A stretch of 64,000 bases of DNA from the human T2T-CHM13v2.0 reference genome, Homo sapiens. The position numbers and the translations under genes are program-made. Of this stretch, positions 31,830-46,296 are shown piece by piece. Location of the stretch: the NCBI RefSeq assembly GCF_009914755.1, contig NC_060931.1; one strand, 5' to 3'. A model generated the notes under the pieces. That model was not told the origin of the DNA, ran no database searches, and saw only the letters and a program-made list of their open reading frames with translations. How positions within the stretch are numbered: the stretch's first letter is position 1; the number at the start of each line of letters is the position of its first letter.

Positions 31830-33060
31830 TTGCTGCAGAGATTAGTTTTGTGATTCACAGATCTAGTCAAACATCCAAGAAGCCCACAATAGAAATGGGG
31901 TTATGTGGGAAAGTTCTTTGTAGGATCCCCCATCTAATGGTGTAAATTCCCATGGCATACACAGGAGACCCACAAGATTTTTCAGAATGCTTTATCAATG
32001 TCTACTTAGACAAACGGGGACAGAGGAAGGATAAAATGAAAGAGGACTGATAGATTTCCAAAATTCTACAAGCAGAAAATGGACTAAAAGAGCTACTTGG
32101 CCTCAAGCTTGTGCTCTTCTTCAAGAAAAAGAAAAACATGACTCTGATGGAAGAGCAATGAGCCCAGGGCTGATCCAGCCATAGTAATACTTCCAGAGGT
32201 AGGGAAGAATGGAGCTCTCATGAGCCCAGAGGGCAGAGCTTCTCCAGGTCCAGTGGGCAGAGAATAAAGCCACAGATGATTATTCTCAAGCCTTAAAATC
32301 TAATGATTTCTGTGTTTCAAAGTTCCTTGGGATAACTGACCCCTTTCTTTCTTCTAATTTCTTCCTTTTGGAATAAGAATATCAATCTTATGCATATCCC
32401 AATCTTTTAATTTGGAAGCAGGTACCTTGTTTTCTAGGATCATATATCCATAGATGGAGAAGAACTTTGCACCAAAATGCATCGTACCTAGAGTCTCATC
32501 CATACAAGACTGACATGACCTAGATAATGATAATTTGGGACTTTCTCGGGTGATAATATTTAGGTAAGCTTTTAGAGTTAATGCTGCAATGGGATGAGAT
32601 TTATTTTATTTTATTTTATTTTATATTTTATTTATTGAGATGAAGTTTCGCTCTTGTTGCCTAGGCTGAAGGGCAATGGTGTGATCTTGGCTCACTGCAA
32701 CCTCCGCCTCCCGGGTTCAAGCAGTTCTCCTGCCTCTACCTCCTGACTAGCTGGGATTACAGGCATGTGCCACCACGCATGGCTAATTTTGTATTTTTAG
32801 TAGAGATGGGGTTTCTCCATGTTGGTCAGGCTGGTCTTGAACTCCTGACCTCAGGTGATCTGCCCGCCTTGGCCTCCCAAAGGCATGAGCCACGGTGCCT
32901 GGCTGGGATGAGATTTTTGAATATCTGGCACAGTGTGAGTATATTTTGCAAGTGGATGGGCAGGAATTTTTGAGAGCCACAACCACAAGGCAGGTTGTGC
33001 TGGGTTGAATTGTCTCCCTGAAAAATGTATGTTCAAATACTAACTCCTGGTACTTGTGTA
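31830..33060 (+). mobile_element. MaLR (MLT1) internal fragment plus the start of an LTR (~32996-33060)
   Basis: MaLR-int end (gattattctcaagccttaaaatctaatg...ggaatttttgagagcc) followed by tgtgctgggttgaattgtctccc. Confidence 0.75.
32603..32903 (-). mobile_element. AluS with an internal ~14-bp deletion
   Basis: TSD tgggatgagattt (32590-32602, 32904-32916); ctcccaa|aggcatgag lacks agtgctgggattac. Confidence 0.95.
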
Positions 33061-34874
33061 ACCAAAACAGTATACTATAATATACTTAAATATAAGTATG
33101 AAAAGATAAAATATTTAATAGAGTATTTTTTCTAATGACAGCAGATTAATTTAGAACTAATTTTTTAAAAAAACATATTGGGAAAATCACCAAATGTTCA
33201 GAATTATAACACATTTCTATATAATTCTTAAGTAAAAGAACTAAAAAAAGAAATCAGGAAATACTCCAAATTCAGTAATGTGTGTGATCTCTAGACTAAA
33301 AGCCATTATATTTAAAATATTTTTCCTGAAATTTAAACAGATATAAATAAAAGGACAGATATATTAGGTTCATGGATTCTAAGAAACAATATTATAACAA
33401 TGCAAATTTTCCAAAATTAATCTATATATTAAACTCCACTCAAATCAAAGCACTGACATGTATTTTGTAAAAATTATGAGATGATTCCAAAATTTATCTA
33501 AAAATATAGCAACCTAGGAGAGCAAAAATTAAACTGAAGAAAAACAATAAAATTGGTAGATTTACATCAAAAGATATCAAGACATATGGAGCTGATTAAC
33601 TAAATGTTAATTAACATATAATCTTAAACTAGATCTCTCATAAATTACTGACGTAAGTACAATCATGCAAGCACATGAAAAATTGTGTAGCAATATCTAC
33701 TAAAGCTAGTATAATATGCCAGGCCTATAACTTAGCCATTCCATTTATAGATATATATTCAAGGAAAATATTTCTTCTGAAAACATGAACAATAAGATGA
33801 CTTGCAATTACACTCATAATATCACAGCTATTAGTAATTAATAGTAATTATTAATAATTACTGTTAATAATAGCACAAATAAATTCCAATCAACAACAGA
33901 ATGGGTAAACTGACTCTAGTTAATAGCATACTACATATCAGGAGAAAATATTTATCGTCATATAAAACTATAAGAATGTATCTCATAGACATAGGATGAA
34001 TAAAAGAGCTAGTCACAAAAGATGACATAATAATGTTATTCCATTTAAATGAAGTTCAAGAATAGGCAAATTAATTTATGGTGATTGATGTCACATTAAT
34101 AATTACTTCTGGGCCAGGATGGGCTGTAAAGAGACCTGATGGAAAAATTACTGTAATAGTGAAAATTTTCCTTCTATTAATGTAAACTTGTGATTAGTGA
34201 TCTATATTTATATATTTAGTATTTATACATATTTTTATACATACATATATAATACAATAAATAGAATATGATATATAGAAAATATACTATATAATATTTT
34301 TATAGCCAATATATATCTAAATGTTCTTGTAGTTGCCCACATAAGATCTATGTATCTTAAGTAGTAAGTTATAACATAACAAGTTTTCAATTATATACCT
34401 GAATGTAATGATCCATTAAATTTAAATTTAAGATGGAATTGACAATTAAGAGAAAATATAACAAAACTGACACAAAATATACAATCTTAATGATATCATA
34501 ACCAATATAAAGAGAAGATTATTTCTTCAAATTAATCTTCCAAAAAAGAAAACCTATCTCAGATAACTTCAATAGTATGGTCAAAAAAAAAAAAACACAT
34601 AAGAATGAAATTATTCCAATTCATGCAGAAGAGAAAAAAGAAAGATAAACCACACGTCAATTTAAGGTGGCTGGCATAAAGTTGTGTCAAAACCTGATTA
34701 GAAAAGTATGAGAAAAGAAGGTTTCAGCCAATCTCTCATAAACACAGAAAAAGGACTTTCTACAAAAATGTTAGCAAACAGCACTGTATAAAAATGAAAA
34801 TATATGAGAATCTAGTTGGGTTTATTTCAGAGATGCAAATTTGGTTTAAGAGTAAAAAAGTTTATGTTAATAAA

Positions 34875-34876
34875 TG

Positions 34877-34918
<42 letters not shown>

Positions 34919-35232
34919 AAGAGAAAGAGAGAGAGAGACAGAGACAGAGACAATGACAGTTTCTCTCTGTCACCCAGGCTGGAATGCAGCGGCACAATCT
35001 CAGCTTACTGAAACTTCTGCCACCCGGGTTCAAGTGATTCTCATGTCTCGGCTTCCCTAGTAGCTGGGATTACAGGCATGCACCACCACTCCCAGCTAAT
35101 TTTTTGTATCTTTAGTAGAGACGGTGTTTAGCCATGTTGGCCAGACTGATCTCGAACTCCCGACCTCAAGTGATCCACCCACCTCAGCCTCCCAAAGTTC
35201 TGGGATAACAGGTGTTAGCTACATGTCTGGCC
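34875..35232 (-). mobile_element. Old Alu whose tail is now a (TA)n(GA)n microsatellite
   Basis: TSD tatgttaataaa (34863-34874, 35233-35244) encloses both the Alu body and the microsatellite. Confidence 0.92.
34878..34950. repeat. Compound (TA)n(GA)n microsatellite
   Basis: Read directly from the sequence. Confidence 0.95.
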
Positions 35233-35309
35233 TATGTTAATAAACTAAGAAAGAAAAATCAAATAATGATCTCAATAGATGTACAGAAAAACAAACTCAG
35301 TCTCAGCAG

Positions 35310-35536
35310 TTCTTAAAATACTCAAACAGAGAATCAAAATATATGAAGGGAACACTGACAGAATTACTGGGAGATAGAGAGTTCTACAGTAACAGTTGGA
35401 GATTTCAGTACCCCAATTTCAATAATGAATGAACATTCAGAAAAAAGATCAATAGGAAAATAAAGGACTTAAAAAACACTATAAACCAATCAGACCTAAG
35501 AGTATTATACAGAACCCTCCACACAACAGCTGAATA

Positions 35537-35574
<38 letters not shown>

Positions 35575-35917
35575 TCAAGGGCACATGAAACAATCTTCAG
35601 GATAGATCATGTGCTTAATCACAAAAAAGTTTAAATAAATTTAAAATACTGAAATCATACAAAGTGTATTTTCCAGTCAGAGCAGAATAAAGCTAGAAAT
35701 CAATCATTTAAAGAACACTGAAAATCACAATATGTGGACATTAAACAATACAATCAAACATTCAAAGGGTCAGTATAGAAAACATAAAAGCAGCCAGGTG
35801 CAGTGGCTCACACCTGTAATTCCAGCATTTTGGGAAGCCTAGGTGGGTAGATGACTTAAGCCTAGGAGTTTGAGACTGGCCTGGGCAATATAGTGAGATC
35901 CAGTCTCTACAAAATAA

Positions 35918-35956
<39 letters not shown>

Positions 35957-38900
35957 GCCAGGCATGGTGGTGCATGCCTGTAGTTCCAGCTACTCAGGGG
36001 GCTGAGGTGAGAGGATCACTTGAGCCCAGGGGGTTGAGGATTCAGTGAGCCACGATTGTGTCACTGTAGTCCAGCCTCACTGACAAGGCAAGACCCCATA
36101 TCAATAAAAAAATTTGAAAACCCACAAAAGAAACAGATAATACCTTGAGACAAGTGAAAATGCAAACACAACATACAAAGACTTATGCCATCCAGCAAAA
36201 GCAGTGGTAAGAGGGATATTTAGAGCTGGAAACACATATATGAAACATGAGAAAAGACTGCTAATCAGTAAACCGATTTACACCTTAAGGAACCAGGAAA
36301 AGGAGAGGAAACTGAACACAGAATCACCATAATGAGGGAAATAAATTAGGAAATAGAAAAATAATTTAAAAGAAACAAAGGTTGGTTCTTTGAGAAGATC
36401 AAAAAAGGGAACAAACTTTAGCTAAATTGACTAAAAATGAAAGAGAGGACCCAAATTACTAAAAATCATAATTTAAAAGTGAGGATATTACTATTGATTT
36501 TATACAAACAGAAAGAAAGATAACAAAATACTATGAACAACTGTATGCCAACAAATTGGATAACTTAGATGATACTAAAAACTTTATAGAAATATATACT
36601 CTATAAAAAATGACTCAAAAGAAACAGAAAATGTGAACAGATTTATAACTAGTACAGCAATTGAATCAGTAATCAAAAACTTTCTTATAAAGAAGAGCCC
36701 AGCAAGATGGTTTCACTAGTAATTTCAAACAAACATTTAAAGAAGTAACACAAATCCTTTACAAACAATCTGAATGTTTGCAGAGGAAGGAACTTCCTAA
36801 CTCATTCTATGAGGCCAATATGATCATGACACCCAAGCCAGGAAAAGACATTACAAGAAAACTACAGACCAATATCCCTTATTATTACTGATCCAAAATT
36901 CAATAAAATATTAGAAAACAAAATTCAATAACATACTAAAGGACTATATACAATGACCAAGAAGGTGTTATTTTCAGAATGTATGAATGGTTTAACATGA
37001 AAAAAAATCAATGTAATACACTACGTTAGCAGAATGAAAAGGAAAAAAACTACAAGCTCATGTCAATTGATGCAGAAAAACCACTTGTCCAATGTCAACC
37101 CCTTTTTTCTGATAAAAATATTCAACAAAGTATGAATAGAATAATACTCTCTCATCATGGTAAAGACTTTATATGAAAAATTCACAGCTAACATCACATT
37201 CAATTATGAAATGATGAAAGCATTTCCCCTAAGATTAATAACAGGGCAAGGGTGTCTACTATCCTCACTTATATTTAACATAATATTGAAAGTTCTAGCC
37301 AGAGAAATTGGGCAAGAAAAATAAATAAAAGACATCCATCTGGAAAGGAAGCAAAATTATCTGTTCACAGATGACATTATCTTTTTTGTATAAATCCTCA
37401 AGATTCTAAAAAAAGCAAAATCTTTTATATCTAATACATATTCAGTAAAGGTGCAACATACAAAATCAACTTGCAACAACAGCTGCATTTCTGTACATTA
37501 GCAATGAATAATCCAATGGAATTTAAGAAAACTCCATTTACAGTAACATTAAAAAGAATACAAGGCTTAGGAATAAATGTATGCAAGGAGGCAAAAGGCT
37601 TGTACACTGAAATCTATAACATACTGCTGAAACAAATTAACTCATAAATAACTGGAAAGGCATTCTGTGGTCATGGATTGGTAGACTTAATATTATTAAG
37701 ATGGCAATACTACCCAAAGCAATCTACAGATTCAGTATTGTCCCTATCAAAATGTCAAGCATATTTTTGCAAAAAATAGGAAACCTCATCCTAAAATTCA
37801 CATGGAATCTCAACGTACCACAAATAGAACAATCTTAGAAAAGAAAAAAGTTGAAGAATCCACATTTCCTGATGTCTAAACGTATTACAAAGCTACAGTA
37901 ATAAAAACAGTGTGATAATGGCATAAAGGCAGACATACAGACCAATGGAACAGAATAGAGGGCCCAGAAAAAAAAAACCACTTGTATAAATTGTCAACTG
38001 ATTTTGACAAGGAAGCTGAGACTATTCCATGGGTAAAAGATTGTCTTTTCAACAAATGGTGCTGTCAAAACTGGATATCCACATGCAAATGAATGAAGTT
38101 GGACCCTTAACTTACACAGCAAACAAGTAATTTAAACTAAGTAACACACCTAAGCTAAAACTTTAAAACTCTTAGAAAGCCTAATGACACTGGGGGAAAG
38201 TCTGATGACACTGAATTTGGCAACTACTCCTTGGATATGGTAACAAAACCATAGACAACAAAAGAAAAAATCTGGACTTAACTCCAATTGGACAAATTCA
38301 GTGTCATCAGACTTTCCCCCAGAAAAGTCTGATGACACTGAATTTGGCAATTACTGCTTGGATATGGTAACAAAACCATAGGCAACAAAAGAAAAAAAAA
38401 TGGACTTAACAAAAATTTATAGCTTTGTGCACTTAGGACATTATCAAGACAGTAAAAATACAACTCACAGAATGGGGAGAAATATTTGAAAAATCACACA
38501 TCTGATAAGCTATTAATGTCTAGAATATATAAAGAACTCCTAAAACTCAATAACAAAAAAGGCAACCTAATTTAAAATTGGACAAAAGACTTAAATAGAC
38601 ATTTCTCCAAAGAAGATATACAAATGGCCAATAAACACATGAAAAGATGCTCAATATCAATTAGTCATTAGAGAAATGCAAATCAAGTCCACAATGAGGA
38701 ACACTTCACATTCACTAAGACGGCTAGTGTAAAAAACAAACAAGTAAGTGTTGGTTTGGAAATGGAGAAACTGGAAGGCTTGTATATTGCTGGTGGTAAT
38801 ATAAAATGGTGCAGCTGTTGTGGAAAAGTTTGACCTCTCATAGAATGACCATATGATTCAGTAATTCCACTCCTAGGTATATATGCAAATATTTGAAAGT

Positions 38901-39382
38901 TGGGATTCATATAATTGTATACTAATGCTAATAAAAGCATCCTTCATGATTGCCAACAGATAGAAACAACCCAAATACCCATTAATAAATGAACAGGTAT
39001 ATGTAGTAGATATTATTCTACCTTAAGGAATTTAGTTCTCATACAGGCTACCACATGAATGAACCTTAAAAATATTTTAACTAAAATAAGCCAGACACAA
39101 AAAGACAGATACTGTATGATTACACTTGTATAAGGTACCAAAAGTAGACAAATTCATAGAGACCGAAAATAGAATGAAGAATACTGGGAGATGAAGGGAA
39201 GGGCTAATGGAGTTATTGTTTAATTAATACAATTTTTGATAGTCATACAAAAAAGATCCTAAATGGATAGTGGTGATGATTGCACAATATTGTGAATGTA
39301 CTTACCACTACTGAATTTTACACTTAAAAATGGTTAAAACTGTATATTTTATGCCATGCATAATTTACCAATAAAAAAAAAG
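35310..39382 (+). mobile_element. ~4-kb L1MB-like element (ORF2 EN to 3'UTR)
   Basis: Continuous decayed ORF2 including ctgttcacagatgacattatc (FADD-region homologue, ~37365); ends in an A-rich tail. Confidence 0.9.
35792..36112 (+). mobile_element. AluJ-like with (AAAT)n expansion in the middle linker
   Basis: ggatcacttgagcccagg; linker microsatellite at 35915-35956. Confidence 0.92.
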
Positions 39383-39893
39383 TAGAGCTTCTGGGAGACA
39401 TGGTTAATGAGAAAGTTTGGGCAGGATAATTAAAAGGCAGGCCTGGAACATGTTATGATGCCATAAAGTGAGAAACTGCTCAAAAAATAATGAGGGTATA
39501 TTGCATGAGTACAAATTTTACTTTACAGAAACTATAATGGTGAAATTTTGGATAACGAACAACATAATAATGATGGCAATGAAAAATAACTAAAGGAATA
39601 CAATATTCATAAATCCATAATGGCAAAAAAACCAATAAGTTGGAAGAGAATATAACTCTCCCTTAGAGTAGAATTATAATCAATAAATATAGAATAATGA
39701 ATACAGAAACTGCCATTAGGCAAACAACACAGAAACAATTGTCACATGCAGGAATTATCACTGGATGCTAAAGTTAGTTCATCATCTGATGTTGAACTTT
39801 GTCCATACATTTGGCAAATGTCTGATGAATACGCACGTTTCTGTAGTCTCAAACTACTTTCTAACAAGACTTTAAGACAAAGGAATAAAATAG

Positions 39894-40042
39894 CATCAGA
39901 TCTGGTGCTTGCATCCCCCGCACTGAGGGACTTGAGTGCAGGTTTGCCCAGCCCAGGCGACAGGCCAAGCTGGGCAGGACTGAGCTGGGCAAACCTGCAC
40001 TCAAGTCCCCCAGTGTGGGGCATGCAAGCACCAGATCTGATG
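39894..40042. repeat. Inverted repeat, 63-bp arms, 23-nt loop
   Basis: 39894-39956 is the reverse complement of 39980-40042 with 4 mismatches. Confidence 0.95.
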
Positions 40043-40900
40043 GGGGTCAGGGAGCAGTTCTCAGGTCCCTAGAGAAATGCCCCATTGAGGAGTGGAAGAA
40101 CTGCTGCCATGCCAAAGACCCAGCACGGGGAAATGGAGTGACTGGCTCCACAGCCTAGTGAGCAGTTGTGGGACCCACTTTGCTTTTATCCTCTAGACCC
40201 AGTGGCATTCCCTCCCATGCCCTGACATTGGCAGCAAGTGGGGACAATAAGTTAAGTCACAAGCAGTTTGCTTTCAGTCTGCGAAACTCAGACAAATAGC
40301 TTCCTGCTACAGTTCTGTGAAAGTGGCAGGGGTCAGGGGTGTCATACTCATCTGTCAGTTCTGGCTATGGGAGCTCCTACCCTCCTCAAGGCCAGAGTGC
40401 CAATCCCCAGTCTGAGATTCTCAAAAACAGTGACTGTCACTCGTGCTAACTGGCATGTTCCCAAGCAACTCACTAGGATCTAGGAAAAGGAATGGCCTCC
40501 TCTTTTGGTGCCCAGGTCCGGGAGCAAGTTTGGTACACTTCCCAGTGCTGTTCCTTCTCATAGTTTCCTGACTGCTCCCCAAGTCAGATTCAGGGTTTTG
40601 GAGGGTCAAGGAGCTCTTCTGTGGCCTGGATTGCCTGGCTACCCAGTGGGAATGGGTATCACAGAGACACTCACTCTCCCTCTCATGTACTGGGCTTTCA
40701 CACAATTTTCCACTGGACCTCATCATGTGGGCTACTGCCCATCTTCTTTTCCCAGAAAACAAAGTTTTCTTTCACTTCTACATTGAACTCCCGTGTTCTT
40801 CCTTGGATAAAAATTCTCATTGTGAATCTCTATACACTATATTGCTATTTCCAAGTGGGTGAGGTGTGCTGGCAAAGCCTCTATTCTGCTATCATTTTTT
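39957..40900 (-). mobile_element. L1M 5'UTR fragment
   Basis: Minus strand begins atgatagcagaatagaggctttgccagcacacctcacccacttggaaa; GC-richer 5'UTR-like sequence. Confidence 0.7.
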
Positions 40901-42015
40901 GGCTTCCAGGATGTCCTGGCATCCTGCATACTAATCTAATTCCTTCAGTTAACAGGTCACAAATGCTTCATAAGAGTCACCTGGGGTCTCCAGTATCTCA
41001 GGAGAAGAGGCAGTAGAGATGGGACTCTGAGCCATGCATACTGAATTTAAATTGATCGTTTCAGTGAAATATTTTTTGTTCCAATTGTACTTTTTTGTCC
41101 CCTTTCCAACTTGGCTTCTTTTGGATAAATAAAGTGGAGTTTTGGGGTAACATTTTTTCTATCTACTAATTGTTATATACATATTATTTTACTATCTTTT
41201 AGTGGCTGTCCTAAAGAATACATCATGCATCTTAATCTACTATTACAATCTAATACAAATCATTACTTATACCAGTTCTAGACAATGGTTGAAACTGAAA
41301 ACATTTTATTTACTCCCTCTTGCTTCTGGTGTTACCATGATCATATATATTTAGTTCTACATATTTTAAGCACATAAAGCATTATATATTTTTGCGTAGT
41401 CAATATTTATTTACATTTATCTCTATGTTTTTCTTTTCCATTGCCCCTTATGCCATCCTGCATGAACATGTTTCTGCCTGGGATCATTTTAAACTAACTG
41501 AAAAATTCCCTTTAGTCCTTTTTTGAGTGTAGATTTGCCTACAGCAATTCTCTCATATGTTATGTCTAATGGTGTTTTGATTTTCCATCATGTATGATGA
41601 TATTTCCATCAGGTATAGCATTATAAGTTGACAACTGTTTGATTTCAGCACGTAAACATGTCATCCTATTGCCTTTTGGTATCTGTCATGCATTTCCACA
41701 CACCCCCTTCTATCCATGATAGAAAGGAAGGGAGCTATGCTGCCTCTTGAATCCTTATGCCCTGACATTTTACCAATGTCTTTAATAGAATGAGTAATTT
41801 TAAAATTTTATTAGACTTTTCTAGTTTTTCCAGAAAGAGCTTTTGTCTGCTATAAGCTACTTCATCATGGCCGGGAGAAGCACTAATTTTTGTTTTTTAG
41901 ATTTTGACCCACGAAGTCTTCATGATATTGTTAATTCTTCAACATATCTAAGACAGTTTCACTCAAGTAAGTTTTCCAAATTACATGGACTGCTTTTACT
42001 GAAAATAAACGTATC

Positions 42016-42358
<343 letters not shown>

Positions 42359-43059
42359 TTAAGGAAAATCTGGGCATTCCACACTGCTAATCCATAGAAT
42401 GACCTATCCATTGGCCATGATTTTTCAATTATTTAGTTTCTTCAGAAATATAATGATTCAAAATAAGAACAATGTCTTTGTGGGTCGAAAAGGCGGATGA
42501 GTTTTATTTCGTACTGATAATAGAACTATTTAAATACATGTAGTGAAAACGACGCAAAGGAAACTTTTTTTTGTCTCTGATCCTCTGATGTAAAATCAAA
42601 ACAAGGGTTCAGGGATGCAAGTCTTTAGGATAAATTTATTGACTCTGAAATGCTTTATTTAAAAACATTTTTACCTACTAAACAATTTGCTTTTCCTGCA
42701 TAAAGTACAAATGTACACTTTATTAATAAAACCATCTCGAGATGATTAAATATGCTAACCTGCAACCTAATCATTTCTGATCACAGACACAGATACCGTG
42801 TCATAAAGAAAGAACTCCCTGCTGGAATTTCCATGTGATTATCAAAAGGCTTGAATCAGCAATAGCTATTCTTTTTTAAAAAAAGAGAAAGCAATAGGAA
42901 AAAAAGTTGTCTAATTTATTATTGAGCTACACATTTAATCCATAATAATCAGTGGCAAACAGTCTGCTACCTCAGCAGAAGCACGGGCATCCTATCGAGG
43001 TAGTGCCTTATCAAAACTAATATTCTGACATTCTATGTGTTGCCTTATCAACATTAATA

Positions 43060-43200
43060 CTCAGATATCTCAAACTCAGTGTATGTAAGAATCACCTAGG
43101 AAGCTTATAAATGTAGATGTCTGATTCCTAAACGTTGGATATGTTTTGAGAAAATCTTCAGGAAATTCTGATACACCTATGAGTTTTAAAACCACTGCCA
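43060..43200. mobile_element. MER5-like hAT MITE fragment
   Basis: ctcaaactcagtgtatgtaagaatcacctagg...aattctgat...ttttaaaaccactg. Confidence 0.65.
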
Positions 43201-45026
43201 CAGTTTAAAGAGAAAAAAATAGGAAGGGATCTGGGGTATTATGTCAAAGAATGCTACTTGATCTACAAGTTTGTTTGTTTTTTGTTTTTTGTTTTTTTTT
43301 TTTGAAAAACTAGCAGAAATAACATGGGAGAAAGTTGAATATACAAGCTATACAAAAATATAATAGAAATTGAAAAGTAAAGCATTTCAGAATCTGTGTT
43401 TTCACAAACTTCTTTTAAAAACAACGTAATATTAGGCTAGTCTTTGGTTGTAGTATATTATATAATTTATAAAATTATAAGACACTGATAATTCACACAT
43501 TTAATAAGTCTCTCTTTAAAGTGCCAAAACTGATTAACAAAATGTTGTACATTATAAGGAATGGTAAATGTCAAATCACAGAGAAGCTTTTCAGTATAAA
43601 TTAATTTAAAAGTACTAAATAAGTTAGGAAAAAGAAAAATAATATAGGTGGAAATGTTAAGTCTTCACTAATTTATAAGGAAACAAGCTTTCTCTTCCAG
43701 AAGGAAAAGAACAAATCTGGTGCTTATTTCACCTACTACGGAGAAAGTAAACAAACTTCCCTTATGTCATAAAATGCTTTGTCTCAATCTTGTTTGTTGA
43801 ATATAAACATGGTATATCATTTTATTCTGGACAGAAGTTGTTTCATGAGATACCTCATATATTTTGTGAGCTCATCATCATTTTATCTAGTAGTCAGTTT
43901 CATACTTGAATGGATTTTAAATTCATTTACTATGTTAATTTTGTCTTTTAACTAGTGTTATCCTAATTTAAAATACAGGGTAATTTGTTAAATCATTTTC
44001 TATTCAGAGAATTATTTAAGTATCTTTTTGAGTAGTTATATGCTTTTCTAAAATGTTAGGGTGATAACCTCCTGTAAAATAAACAAAAATTATTATTATC
44101 CTATGGGGTCCTGAATGTTACATTAAGGGAACTGAATCTTGCTTAATAGCTTACAGGAATGATAACACAAAGATAATTATAAATTAAAATGTTTATTAAC
44201 CATAAGATGGCACAAAATGAAATTTAGCAACTCACTAATTAATAAGTCTATTGAGCAATGATGATGAGCCCATAAAATCCAAAAAATAAATTTTATTTTA
44301 TTTAAGCAAAATTCCCCCCCATAAACTTGATGCTCATTCATGCTATTGCTTGGATGGTACTTGCTATCCTGGTATCCTGCAAAGTAACTTCCTCAAGACT
44401 CAAACACAAGTCTCACCGAGAAAGCCGTATCACAATTACATTGAACCCTTGTGATCTATCCTATTGCAAACTCAATTTTCTTTATATAATCTTCTTGTAT
44501 TTTTCCCTTAACAGTCTCTTGTTCCCTAATTGTTTCATGGATGCATCTCCTAAGTATATAAACTCCGTGGGCAGAGATCAAATATTCAGGAGCACAAAAC
44601 AGTATTTTAGAGACAGAAAATATTTTTGAGATTCATGTTAAATTATCTCATATACTTCTTATGACAAGAATAAAAACAATTACCTTGATCAAATAGTGTA
44701 GTACATAATAAGTTGAGTGTAATCATTACATGGTGAAATTAGAAAACATTACAATTGTGTTGTTACCCAAAGTTTTTAAATACAAAAAAAATTTTTAATG
44801 ATAAAATTATGTGTAATTCTGACATTCAAAACTACTACTTCACTTGAAAGAGCTATGTTTGACAATTTCAAAATACTTATAATTGAGGAGATGCAAATAT
44901 TTTAACAATTTTAGTTTAAGTCTTCTTTGAATAATGATATAAATACATGTAATAGCTTAACTACTATGTTCCAGTTTATTTTTTGGGTATTTCTATGTTT
45001 TTCTTTATCCTTATCTGTGTTCTGGA

Positions 45027-45522
45027 GTTATACATATATATATATATATATATAAAATATATATAATATAATATATTATATATTACATATTATGTATATT
45101 ACATATCTGTGTTCTGGATATATATCATATATTAGATAATATATAAATATATATTAATATATTTATATTATATATTATATATTAATATAATTTTATATTA
45201 TATATTATATATATTATAATATAATTTTATATTATATTATAATATATATAATATAATTTTATATTATATATAATTATAATATAATTTTATATTATAATTA
45301 TATATTATTTTTATATTATAATTATATATTATATTATAATTTAATTAATAAAATTAAATTGTATTATGTTATATGTTATATAATATAAAATTATATAATA
45401 TAAATATATAATATAAATATATAATACATATAATATAAATATATAATATATATAATATAAATATATAATATATATAATAAAATATATAATATATAACATA
45501 TATTATATAATACATAATATAA
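45027..45522. repeat. AT-only low-complexity array 1
   Basis: Degenerate (TA)n, (TATAA)n and (ATATAATATAA)n. Confidence 0.95.
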
Positions 45523-45585
45523 AAATTAATTTTTCAGTCTTAAAAGAGTTTAAAAAATTTATACTAATATCACTAAATTTATACC

Positions 45586-46015
45586 TGTCTTAGTCTGTTT
45601 CATATTGCCATAAGAGGATATTTAAGCCTGGATAGTTTATAAAGGAAAAACGTTTATTTGTCTCACGATTCTGATGGCTGAAAAGTTTGAGACTGGGCAT
45701 TCGGTGAGGGCCTCGGGCTGCTTCCACCCATGGCAGAAGGTGAAAGGCAGCCTGAGTGTGCAGAACTCAAATGGTGAGAGAGGAAGCCAGAGAGGGGGGC
45801 AGGTGCCAGCCTCTTTTGTATAGCCAGCTCTCACAGGAACTAACAGAATTAGAACTCGGTCACCCCGAGGGAGAATATTAATCTATTCATGAGAGATCTG
45901 CTCCCACGACCCGAACCTCTCCCACTACGCCTTACATCCCAACATTGCCACACTTGGAACTAAATTTAAACATGAGATTTTGTGGGAACAAACAAACCAT
46001 AGCCAAATCATAGCA
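45586..46015 (-). mobile_element. MaLR (MST-like) solo LTR
   Basis: tgtcttagtctgttt...caaatcatagca; TSD atacc/atatc. Confidence 0.9.
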
Positions 46016-46296
46016 ATATCATTCTCATTAAGTCATTTCTAATTGTTCTTTTCTCCTTTCTTTCTGCAATTTAAGTTAGATTAAAAGCCTTTTCATAAAA
46101 TAGACTACTGACTATTCCTTTTACTTTGTTTTCTTTGATTTGGCTAGAGTTATCTTTATAACTTTTTGTGTTTTGTTATTTAAATATATGAACTTTCACA
46201 AAAATATAGTACAAAGTTATATTAGGAAATAGAATACAAATTAAACAAAGAAATAACTGCCAACTGTTAACTTTGTAACTATTTTTAAAATTGTGA

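Larger units (their letters stand above)
23791..31830 (+). mobile_element. Successive old L1M fragments (ORF2, 3'UTRs, ORF1), with an MLT1 fragment at ~29770-30010
   Basis: Repeated ORF2 motifs (aactcattttataatgccagcataac, cctacagctaataccatactt) and L1ME/MC 3' ends. Confidence 0.75.

Noticed and set aside
35540-35573. T34 tract as a tail-only retroinsertion
   Set aside because: No TSD visible; it lies at a T-rich position of the L1 and is more simply a slippage expansion.
39742-41016. Several 70-131 aa ORFs
   Set aside because: GC-richer L1 5'UTR and hairpin sequence; no splice or homology support.
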